Shown in pieces: positions 11,709 to 21,085 of a DNA stretch of 64,000 nt (position 1 is its first letter; each line of letters starts with the position of its first letter). The notes under the pieces are model-generated. The model saw only the letters and a list, made by a program, of their open reading frames with translations. It ran no database searches and was not told the DNA's origin. This stretch comes from Mantamonas sphyraenae STR306 (taxonomy: Eukaryota > Protista > CRuMs), in the NCBI GenBank assembly GCA_026936335.1, contig JAPMXV010000029.1:124001-188000 (forward strand). Direction: 5' to 3'. The translations under genes and the position numbers were made by a program.

Positions 11709-14700
11709 ATGTCCCGCAAGCGCCCCACGGTGGATGGAGAGGAAGAGGATGTGGCTGGTGAGGAAGAAACCCCGTCCGTTGACGCCACCCCTGCGCCCAA
11801 ACGTCAGCGGGTGTCACCGGCAAAGCTCACCCGCCACAGCCACACCGACGACATGACAGTGGACGACACACGAACAAGCAGGTAGGAAGCACTGCAGCCA
11901 TCCATTCCCCCCACTCCACCCTTTATCTGTGCTGACATGGCCAGGGTGAACCCGTGTGTGCTGGGTGTGTTTCTGACAGGTCGGCAGCCGGCGACCAGCA
12001 GCCGCAGCAGCCTGGTGACGCAGCACCGAACACTGCCTCACGGAACCCCCTTCCCCACAGAACCCAGCCCTCTCGCATGGACTCCCTACTATCACAGATC
12101 CCCGTGGAGGTGTGGGAGCGCATCATACCCCGCCTGGACGCCGGTGCCGCCCTCGCCCTCTTCTCCATCAACACACACATGGTGGACATGGGCGACCTGT
12201 ACCAAGTGAACAACCAGCCACTGAGAAGCACCCTTGTGTCCACACTGGGCGAGATTGGTGGTGTGGTGGTCAAGCATGACGACAAACGACACCGGGTGCC
12301 GCGGCTGAACCGGCTGTACCTGAACAGGGCCCTGTTTGAGCTGTTTGGGGAGAACAGCGTGCCTGAACGCATGCATGTGGAAGAATTGCCATCTGTGTGT
12401 GGACGCTCACTGCCTGCGCTGTACTGTGTGCTGCGACGAACAACACTGGCCGACTTTCGTGGCGGTGGCGATGCCGATTTCCAGTACCTGCTGGAAGCCG
12501 TGGGGAAATGTCTCCCTTTCCATGAGGCAATGAGAGGTATTGTGATGGCAGCAGGTGCCCCGGATTGTCTCGTGGATGGCATTGAGATGGACCCCGACAT
12601 GGATGCGATTTACGATGGGAACAGCGGGAGGATTGATGTGTGCTTGGGTGAGCCGGACTCGATGGGACGAACACTGGCAGACGTGCCACTGACCAACATC
12701 GTTGCACACGTGAAGTATGCAACGGAAGAACGGGGTGGGCGCGTGCGGCACACCTCTTCCGCATTGACGCAGGTGTTGGTGGGACACGGCGTTGCGGGTG
12801 TGAAAGAGGCAATAGCAATGGGACTGAGCGGGTGTGAGGGTATGCTTGCCTGCATTGCAGAAATGCTGCCAGAAGACGAATGGCCAGAGGCTTTGCAAGC
12901 AATCTGTGAGTCGGAGAAGAACTTGCTTTTGAAGGAGTTGCCGGTGATGCTGGACAACCATGCAATGGTTTCATGTGTGCTGTCCACGCTACCCATGGAT
13001 GCTCTGATTGAACGTGTTTCAGCCTCGACACTTCACAAAGCACTCACCCTGGTGCACGGCGGGGGAAAAGCCATGGCCACACTTGTCAAACACGCCAACC
13101 TGTTCTACGAGGCTGCGCTGAAGGCACGACTAACGGCGGAGTGGATTATCCGCACACCTCCAATCGTGCTCCAACTGCACAACGATGCCGTGGTACAGCT
13201 GTATGGAAAGTATCATTCCCCGACACTTCTGGCTGTTCTGGTGGAACGGGAGGCATGGAAGGAAGTGATTGACATTGCAAGACCAGGTGAGCTGACGGAA
13301 GTGCTTGACAGCATGGGCATGGTGGTTCCGCAGGAGCATGTGCTGCCGTTTCTCAAACGTGCACAAAGAGGAGATTCCTGGAAGGCGAGTGAGTGGGTGC
13401 TGGTGCACCACGGGGAACATCTGGATGAAGACACGGTGGCGAGCGTGTACAAGAAGTATCCACACATGGGAGCCATTCGTTTGCTGGTGGAACGGGGGAC
13501 ATGGGAGATGGTTGTTGACAAAGCCAGACCTGGTGATCTGAGGGCGGCCCTTGACAGCATGGGTATGGTGCTTCCGCAAGAGCATCTGCCGCGATTCCTC
13601 AAGCGTGCCCACGAGATATGGGGGCGGTATGCAGATCGGGAACGCAATGATGCTGTACTGTGGGCAGTGGAGCGGCACATGACGCAAGTGGATCTCGAGA
13701 CCGTGCTCAAGTGCTACAGGTGTGACCATGACGAAAGGCTGTTGCCAATCCTGTTTTCCAAGGACAAGTTCGATGACGACGACAGGGCATTGTGGGTGCC
13801 TTGTGAGTTGAAGCGGTACGCACATGCCAAAGCCATTCGGGATCGCTTGCAAGAACGCTGGCAACAGCAGGTGAATCGATGTGTGAGCGTGTGCAGGGAG
13901 AATGGGGCCGAGGCGTTTGTGGACTACGTGCGGCAGTGGATGAGCAGAACAGTGAGGAAAGACCCCTGCAACGACTCGGAGGTGATGACAGTGGCCATGG
14001 AGGGGCTGGAGAACGAGGATGTGGTGAAGGTGGGCAAACTCGTGAACGCAGAGGAGCTGAAGACAGGGCAGTGGTCGAAGGACCTGGCCACGGACGAAAG
14101 GTGGATGCAGCTGCAGGACGATGGGTTCAGTCTGGAGGTACTAGGCATCGTGATGCCTGGAATCGACGGCTTCCGTGAGTACAGTGATGAGCTGCAGTGG
14201 CGCATCGTCCGTGGGCTCATTGAGCAAGGGATGATGCCCGAGTTGAAGCGGTTGGTGGGAACCAGGCACATGGCTTCAAAGGAAGTATATGCGTGTCTGT
14301 ACGAGTTTGACAGGTCGACAGCACTTGAGAAACTGCATGAAATCCACGACAGAGTGGGCAACGAGATGTTGCTGGAGCTGCTGCTGCAGTACAAGGATCC
14401 GCAGGTTCTGGAGGCACTGGTGTCGCGCAACCCGTTCATGTTGGTGACAAGAGGGATGTACGAGGCCATGGGAGGAGAGAAACTTGGTGAGCAGACGCAG
14501 AAGAGATGGGACAAAGTGGAGCAAGTCCGACAGGAGTGTCATGAACAACGGGGGAATTGGAGGCAATGGGCTCGCAAGATGCTGTCATTGGGTTCTGATG
14601 ATACGATCTTTCGTTGTCAAGTGCTATTGGAATGTGGGTACACGTTCAGGGTGAACGACTGGACGTGGGGCATTAGCAGGCGAGGAGCCGACTTCTTGGC

Positions 14701-14812
14701 GTCTCTGGGGATCAGAGTGTCTAACAGAGCATTTTCGAGCGATGCACATTGTGATGGACAGACAAAGGAACTGAAATGGCTGAGGAGAGTGTACAGAGCG
14801 TTTGAAATGTAG
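11709..14812 (+). CDS. F-box-like repeat-protein family, copy 2 (intact, 2 exons)
   Basis: Exon 1 is 11709-11881, then a phase-2 intron (gtagga...ctgacag), then exon 2 from 11980 in frame with the 952-aa ORF. It has an N-terminal NLS-like PAPKRQRV, an F-box-like LLSQIPVEVWERIIPRLD, and two 82-aa repeats starting LVER. Confidence 0.78.
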
Positions 14813-14908
14813 TGCGTGGCTCCAGTATGGATGCAATGCTGGGGTCGATCGTTGTGGTGTTGGGTCGTGGTGGCAGCAGCTCGGCCTTTGCCAAAGAAAT
14901 ACACATTC

Positions 14909-15177
14909 ATGTCACGAAAGCGCCCCACGGTGGATGGAGAAGAAGAGGATGTGGCTGATGAGGAAGAAACCCCGTCCGTTGACGCCACCCCTGCGCCCAA
15001 ACGTCAGCGGGTGGCCAAGATGCGAGCAGCGGCAAAGCTCACCCGCCACAGCCACACCGACGACATGACAGTGGACGACACACGAACAAACAGGTAGGAC
15101 GCATTGCAGCCACCCAACCCCCCCCCCCCCCCCCCCCCCCCACTCCACCCATCCCCTGTGCTGACATGGCCATGGTG
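14909..15177 (+). pseudogene. F-box-like family copy 3, 5' fragment (exon 1 plus part of intron), truncated by the insertion
   Basis: Near-identical to exon 1 and intron of copy 2 up to tgtgctgacatggcca(t)ggtg at 15172-15177, where homology stops abruptly. Confidence 0.8.
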
Positions 15178-18100
15178 CGATGGGCGGTTGAGGGGGACAA
15201 TGACGAAGTTTATGTCCGTTGAATACCACCCACATTTGCACACCATGTTCGTGATCTTGCACGAGCGACACTACCTGTGTTTGTTTGGCACGTGGAGCGC
15301 CGGCGGGTGATGGACCAATTGTATGGAACCAGTGCATTTGTAGCACGGTACCAGGATTGCAGAAAGTTTCTTCATCTACGTTTCTGTCTCGGACTATGTC
15401 GTCCTCATCGTCGTCGAGCTCAGAGAGCGCAAGGAAACGGGGGAAGCCAGGGAAGGGCCGAAAGCGCCGTGGTCGCACGCAAAGGCTCCACTCTGCAGTG
15501 CTTCAACTGCGTCAGCACTGTCCGGACATGTTGACAAAGGAGTTGGATGCCATCACCAAGGTCTGCGAGGTGCAGCTCTTACGCAAACCGCACCCAACGA
15601 GTGAAGAGAGCAAGCAGCTTGTGGTCCGGACCCGCAAGCTCGCTGAGAAACTGCCATCGGATTATGAAGAGTCTGCAACCCATCTGTTGGAACTTTGCGC
15701 AGATCTGAAGAGCTTTTGTCCGACTCAGAAGGCGCCTGAGATCAACGAGGGGGGCGAGAAGGGTCGTCAAGTAGCAACGGTCGGGCTTGAGCCTGCACTT
15801 GTTCAAAGCGCCCTGTCACACCCCTCGGTGGTTTCCGTCACTCCTGACTACGACCAGGGCCTTCTGCACGTGACGATGCTGCCACATGGCTTGTGCCTCA
15901 ACGATGCCCCGCAATCGTTCCACAAGGGGAAGGCTGGTCTTTGGGGGTTTGCGGAAGGAGCGGGTGGTGTTGTTGTGCGCCCACAGCTCGAGGGTGGAGA
16001 TACCTACGTGGACAAGCTGGAGAAAGCCGCCAAGGAGGCCCTTGCGCACGACGTATACGCATCTGCATACCGTGATATCAGCGTCACAGTGGTAGCGCTG
16101 GACTTGGGGTTTCTGTGTCAGTTGATTCCTTCCTGCCGTTTTTTCCTCCCTCCCTTGCCAAAGGAACTCACCCCCATGTTGCACCCACTGCTCACAGACG
16201 GGATCCTCTACTTCCCTCCGCGCCTGCACCATGCAAAAAGCGACGAACAACGGCTTGCCATTGTGAAGGGGTGGGGCCAGAGTATCGTGGCTGCTGTGAA
16301 GGACATGGCGACGCGATTGCGCAAGATGTTCACCAACGCACTAGTGGTAGTAGCAACGGAGATCTACCCTTCGATTGCCACGATGATGGCTGGGATGGTG
16401 CACGCGAAGGACCCAGCACACACTGAGTCGTGGCTGCGTTCGGTGGTCGCTGCCAAGGGCAAAATTGACCTTCACTGCATGATCCCAAGGGGGAAAGACA
16501 GGCAATTGTACGTGTCCTTCATGTCTGCGTTGTCGGAGTCCTTTGAAGAGGTGGATCTTGACTCGTTTGTGCAATTCAAGGACTCGGGATCATCTACACC
16601 TCGCACAAGCAGGCTGGTGAAACGGAAGCTGCGGGAGCTGGTACAGCGAGGCCTGGAGGACCAAAAGACTGTGCTGTGTCTTACAAGCAAGTCTCATGAA
16701 GATGGTGGCAAGGGTGTTGAGGCGGAGCAGCTCACGCACGCGTTCCAAAAGGCCGTCTTTGCGGTGTACAAGAAAAAGGCGATGCTGGTGGACGTGGGCA
16801 TCGACTCGGATCACTGCCGGTCTCTGAGTGGCGTTCCCGCGACCAAGCTGTTTGTGCGATCAAACGAGTCTGCCATCTTCCTTTCCCAGGCCACAAGGCA
16901 CGCAGTCGCATCAGCAGCGACGCTGCTGGAGCTGACGGATCATGTGCCCAGTAGCGACTCGTTCCAGCTGTCCACGTACAGCCACGCCATCCTCCGCGCA
17001 ACGGGCGTCCACGAGCTGCTTGACGGACGTCGGCAGCTCCTCCTCGCGCCGAGCCAGCAACAGCCTACCGGCTTTGCCGATCAGGAGTTTGACATTGTGC
17101 GCGTCGACAGCTTGGCCTCTGTCATCCGAGCTGCGTCATCAACGACCAAGCGGCAGTCCAAGTTGCAGGCGGCATTTGACAAGCTGTCCAGAAGCACGAA
17201 GAACGAGTTGAGTGCGCACCTGCTCTCCGTCGCACGCTACACTGAGTGCAGTCTGCAGGCAGTCTTTCGTGGCAAGATGCACAGTGAGACAGGTGGTGCG
17301 GTGGAGAGTGATGATGTGAGATCGTTTTCGCGGGCCTTGCAACGCATGGAAAACACAGAACGGTGGACGTTCTACCGATGGTGTCGGTCGCAGCTGTATC
17401 ACGAAACACGCAGCACCCTGCCAGAGTTGATCAACAAGTTTCGGCAGGTGAGGGTCGAGCGGACGGTGGAGCTTCATGACAAGCTGTTGTTGGTGAAGGA
17501 CGATGAAGGAACGTGTATTGCGGCGCACATGGGAGCGCGTGAGGACGATGACTTGCACCGCATCCAGTTCACAGTGGATGCGTGCACATTCAAAGGAAAG
17601 CGAGCCCGACACAGGAACATCGCTCAAAAGCAAACTCGCAAACTCCTCCGCGCGCAGCAATGCACCACACAGGGTGCAATTGCCAGCAAGGAGATCACGG
17701 ACGGACCATTTTGCGTGCGCATGAACAAGCAGGAGATGCAAGCCGAGCTGGAATGGCTGTGTGAGAGTGCTGGGGAGCACGGCGATCTAATCGGCGGCGT
17801 GCGCGTCAAGGAGCTGCGTACAGCGGATGACCTGCCATACGTGCAAGTGAGCTGCACGAGGAAGATGAAGCGAAGCGACGTGGGCGCTGCGCTGTACAAG
17901 CACATCGCTGCGCGGTTCTTTTGGTTTGACCCTGCATCACACAATGCCGCTGTGCAGCTCAAACTCCTGGTGAACAAGTCAGACAATACCTCCAAGGCAC
18001 GGGCGAAGAAACTGGTGGAGAAGCACCATCTGCAGGGCTTGTCGCGCGAACTGGAGGGAGAGAAGGTGGCGCTCAAGCAAGCGTCAAAGAATCACGCATC

Positions 18101-21065
18101 GCTGCAGGAGAAGGAAGAGCGAGCCACAGCGGGTATTGAGCGAGCTGTGGTGTACGCTCAGACCCACAGCCTGGTTGGGCTGCCTGAGCCTGCCGACGTG
18201 CTGGCCGAAGCGGGCACAGTGGAGTCAATTGCGTTGCGCCACCGGGGGCAGAAAAAGCGGCGAAAGGCGAACACAAAAGAGCAGCAATGGGATGAGCAAT
18301 CGGTGGAGCTGTTCATGGAGTGTTGCGCGATTGTGTTCAACGTGCTGTTGCGCATGGGAATCGACCTCATCCCTCATGCCGTGCAAGATTCTGCCCAGGG
18401 TAATTACTCGTTGGGACTTCTGAGTGAACCCGCGACCCAGCGACGCTTGTTTCAGGCACTGGGTGACTCCCTGGCCGACCTGCATACGGGTGACATCAAG
18501 GAGTTGGCCATGGAGTGCACCCCTGGCTTCTCACAGCCCTGGCAGAACGTGACCAGCGAGGATCGGGGCAGAATGCGCCTGCTGGTGGCCGAGGTGTTTC
18601 AACAGCGAACGACACGCTCATTTGCATCAAGTGAGTTGTCGTCGTCGTCATCGTCATCGTCATCATCATCATCATCGTCGTCGTCGTCGTCGTCATCATC
18701 ATCATCGTCGTCGCGTGGGATTCACACATTGATGACGCATCAGGAGCTCAAAACTGCCCTGGGGAAGAAGAGGGCACTGAAGGAGATGACCATGGCGCTC
18801 AAACTCGCATCCCGGATGGCGCACGAGGTGTCCAATGAGTTCCAAAGTGTTGTTGCAGGAATGGCGGCAAAGATCGAGTCGGACATGAAGCTGGAGGCAA
18901 TTGTGGGCTGCTTCGATCCCCAGTTGACCAAGAATCAAAACATCTTGACCGTGTGCAAGGTGTATGGCGTGGGGATGGGACGCGTGCGTCGAACGCTGAG
19001 CAACTCCCAGGGGTTCAAGCGTGTCAAGTTCGCCCGCGCGCCGAAGAAACCAAACCTGAAAAAACGACCAGCCCAGCAGCAAACAAAGAAGGACAACACA
19101 TCACGGAGCTCGCAGCATCTTTCTGAGGCATCGCACAAGAAGCGCAAACGCGTGGACAACAACCGCAAGCGCAAGCGGGAGTTCAGTGAGGAAGCAGAGG
19201 TAGATTCGGAGGAGCATGTGCGAGAGCAAGCCGGAGGTGACCAAAAGCACCAGCATGTGGACGATGGCATTCCAGACGAAGTGACCAGGTGGATCATGGA
19301 CAGCAAGATGGACGACGAGATGGCACTCAACGTGAAGGGTGTTGCGAAAGCGCTGGCAGCAAGTGACGTGCCGAAGGGCGTCTTTTTCGCGAAGAGCAAC
19401 GACGCGCCTCGTACTGAGCTCACCAACAAGGCAGCGCAGTACATGGCCAGCAGGCTGAAGCAGGGAGACACCCGAGGTTTGCCCAGCATGCCGCCTCTGT
19501 GTGCCACCGTCAACTTCACTCCGTCTCTCCTGCATCGATTGTTATCACACCTCGACACCACAGATATCAGCACGGGTACACTGTTGCACACGCTTGCCTC
19601 CCTTCCGAAGAGTGGTGGTCTCGCGCCAGCAAAGGCCTGGTTGGTGAAGAACTCAGACACTCTATATTCACTGGCACCCTGGGCGTTCCAAACGATGCAA
19701 AAGCTGGTTGACGACGAAGGACATGAGGGCGACGTTGACGAGGAGCACGAAGCCCGTTGTCGTTCATTCTGGAACTCCCGTCTGGCGTTGGCTGCGGTGA
19801 TGTTTCCACAAATCAGCGTCCTTCCTCGTCATGTCGTCAAGCTTGCCACTGGCACCGTGCAGGTGTGTGGTTCCGTCAAACGCATGCTCAGGTACGACAG
19901 CCATCTTACTAGCATCGTCATGACAAAGGCACTGGTCAAAACGTTTGGATTGACGCTCGCGGACGTCGTGCTCCCTGAGTCGCGTTCTCTCGGATGGATT
20001 GCACACCACGTACCCACAAACTGGTCGAAGAAAACACTGGCGGAGTTCTGTGTGAAGCTCAGCCTGCTACGTGGGGTGCCAGACGAGCTGAAGGCGGCTT
20101 TGCCCAAATGGTTTGTGAGCAAGCTGCCGCTGCCCAGCGTATACACAGGAGTCATCACACCAAGCCAAACACGACCACCCACGACCAAGGAGCTGCAGAA
20201 TCACAAGAAGGCCCTCGAGAGCATTGTGGTGGCCACGGCGGACACGGGCAGCTGGAAAACGCACTGGCAAACGAGCAAGCCATTGTGTGGGTCCACAATG
20301 AGGGGCGCACAAGTGTATGCCGAAGCGGTCAATGTGCCTGTGCACACTCATGCCAAGAGACAACATCTGACAGGCCAGCGGGGCCACCAAACGCGCTCTC
20401 ACGGCACCCAAGAGGATAGGCAGCGACGCATCATCGTCAACTTGAGCCGCATGAAGGAGACACAGAGACTTCAGTCAAACGTTGAACGAGCCGCAAAGGA
20501 GCTGTCGGGAAACAAACCAGGTGACAACTCAGGCGTGATTGTGTATGTGATGGGCAACACGAAGGGTTGGAGAGGCGGATGTGCAAATGACGCTGGAGTG
20601 AGGGACTACCTGGCACGCAGCTCCCCAGTCTTCCTCGTCAACGAGCACCGCACAACAAAGTGCTGCTCCAACTGCGGGTACGAGGTCCAGGGAGTGGCCG
20701 AGGTGGGTTCAAACGTCAAGAAGTTTGGCAGGAGCGTAAAATGCGCCTGCAGCGTGTCGTACAACGACCGAACGGCAGGGGCAACCATGCTAGCGACACT
20801 TCAGCATGCATCAGGCTGGCCAATCATCAAGGATCGAGACACATCTGCGTGTGAGAACATTTTGATTGCGTTCCTGACGCAAATGTCTCGTGGCACTCGC
20901 CCAGCCAGCCTCACGTGGGCCAAGAGCAAGGACAAGGCCACTTGAGCCAGCACGTACGTGTTAAACAACAACAGAAGCATCACATATCGCAACAAGGTAA
21001 CTATCCAGAACCAGATATACGCCGGCGCGCTGTTTGCGCAAGGGCAGTACGGTCACAAGTTGAGA
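15173..21065 (+). mobile_element. Putative Fanzor-carrying inserted element (~5.9 kb); no transposase, TIR or TSD evident
   Basis: Foreign block between two pieces of the F-box-like family: homology ends ~15177 and resumes ~21067. It holds a single intronless ORF with a TnpB/Fanzor RuvC, and both ends are structured. Boundaries are accurate to about 10 nt. Confidence 0.65.
15396..20945 (+). CDS. Giant Fanzor (eukaryotic TnpB-family RNA-guided RuvC nuclease) with putative N-terminal FEN1/XPG/XRN-like PIN-fold 5'-nuclease domain, ~1849 aa from first ATG
   Basis: RuvC-I IVVATADTG (D at 20241). VIVYVMG has Gly at the canonical RuvC-II position, with a shifted Glu in VFLVNEHRTTKCCSNC (E at 20643). 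Second Cys pair VKCAC. RuvC-III DRDTSACENI (D at 20838), then the Fanzor-type tail GTRPASL. N-terminal motifs: VALD, VVATE, EAE, GIDSD, LTDHVP. Confidence 0.85.
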   Translation: MSSSSSSSSESARKRGKPGKGRKRRGRTQRLHSAVLQLRQHCPDMLTKELDAITKVCEVQLLRKPHPTSEESKQLVVRTRKLAEKLPSDYEESATHLLELCADLKSFCPTQKAPEINEGGEKGRQVATVGLEPALVQSALSHPSVVSVTPDYDQGLLHVTMLPHGLCLNDAPQSFHKGKAGLWGFAEGAGGVVVRPQLEGGDTYVDKLEKAAKEALAHDVYASAYRDISVTVVALDLGFLCQLIPSCRFFLPPLPKELTPMLHPLLTDGILYFPPRLHHAKSDEQRLAIVKGWGQSIVAAVKDMATRLRKMFTNALVVVATEIYPSIATMMAGMVHAKDPAHTESWLRSVVAAKGKIDLHCMIPRGKDRQLYVSFMSALSESFEEVDLDSFVQFKDSGSSTPRTSRLVKRKLRELVQRGLEDQKTVLCLTSKSHEDGGKGVEAEQLTHAFQKAVFAVYKKKAMLVDVGIDSDHCRSLSGVPATKLFVRSNESAIFLSQATRHAVASAATLLELTDHVPSSDSFQLSTYSHAILRATGVHELLDGRRQLLLAPSQQQPTGFADQEFDIVRVDSLASVIRAASSTTKRQSKLQAAFDKLSRSTKNELSAHLLSVARYTECSLQAVFRGKMHSETGGAVESDDVRSFSRALQRMENTERWTFYRWCRSQLYHETRSTLPELINKFRQVRVERTVELHDKLLLVKDDEGTCIAAHMGAREDDDLHRIQFTVDACTFKGKRARHRNIAQKQTRKLLRAQQCTTQGAIASKEITDGPFCVRMNKQEMQAELEWLCESAGEHGDLIGGVRVKELRTADDLPYVQVSCTRKMKRSDVGAALYKHIAARFFWFDPASHNAAVQLKLLVNKSDNTSKARAKKLVEKHHLQGLSRELEGEKVALKQASKNHASLQEKEERATAGIERAVVYAQTHSLVGLPEPADVLAEAGTVESIALRHRGQKKRRKANTKEQQWDEQSVELFMECCAIVFNVLLRMGIDLIPHAVQDSAQGNYSLGLLSEPATQRRLFQALGDSLADLHTGDIKELAMECTPGFSQPWQNVTSEDRGRMRLLVAEVFQQRTTRSFASSELSSSSSSSSSSSSSSSSSSSSSSSSSRGIHTLMTHQELKTALGKKRALKEMTMALKLASRMAHEVSNEFQSVVAGMAAKIESDMKLEAIVGCFDPQLTKNQNILTVCKVYGVGMGRVRRTLSNSQGFKRVKFARAPKKPNLKKRPAQQQTKKDNTSRSSQHLSEASHKKRKRVDNNRKRKREFSEEAEVDSEEHVREQAGGDQKHQHVDDGIPDEVTRWIMDSKMDDEMALNVKGVAKALAASDVPKGVFFAKSNDAPRTELTNKAAQYMASRLKQGDTRGLPSMPPLCATVNFTPSLLHRLLSHLDTTDISTGTLLHTLASLPKSGGLAPAKAWLVKNSDTLYSLAPWAFQTMQKLVDDEGHEGDVDEEHEARCRSFWNSRLALAAVMFPQISVLPRHVVKLATGTVQVCGSVKRMLRYDSHLTSIVMTKALVKTFGLTLADVVLPESRSLGWIAHHVPTNWSKKTLAEFCVKLSLLRGVPDELKAALPKWFVSKLPLPSVYTGVITPSQTRPPTTKELQNHKKALESIVVATADTGSWKTHWQTSKPLCGSTMRGAQVYAEAVNVPVHTHAKRQHLTGQRGHQTRSHGTQEDRQRRIIVNLSRMKETQRLQSNVERAAKELSGNKPGDNSGVIVYVMGNTKGWRGGCANDAGVRDYLARSSPVFLVNEHRTTKCCSNCGYEVQGVAEVGSNVKKFGRSVKCACSVSYNDRTAGATMLATLQHASGWPIIKDRDTSACENILIAFLTQMSRGTRPASLTWAKSKDKAT

Positions 21066-21085
21066 GTCACAACGATCCGCGCCTG
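20946..21085 (+). ncRNA. Candidate omega-RNA scaffold plus flank-derived guide
   Basis: It lies between the Fanzor stop codon and the resumed host sequence, as in TnpB/Fanzor loci. It contains the palindromes/hairpins cacgtacgtg (20951-20960), cgccggcg (21020-21027) and ctgtttgcgcaagggcag (21030-21047). Inferred from position only. Confidence 0.4.

Noticed and set aside
15173-21065. Assignment of the element to Helitron, Mariner, IS607 or another known superfamily
   Set aside because: No TIRs, TSD, TC...CTRR ends or transposase motifs were found. The short repeats near the ends (catgg twice, gtcacaa twice) are too short to be meaningful.
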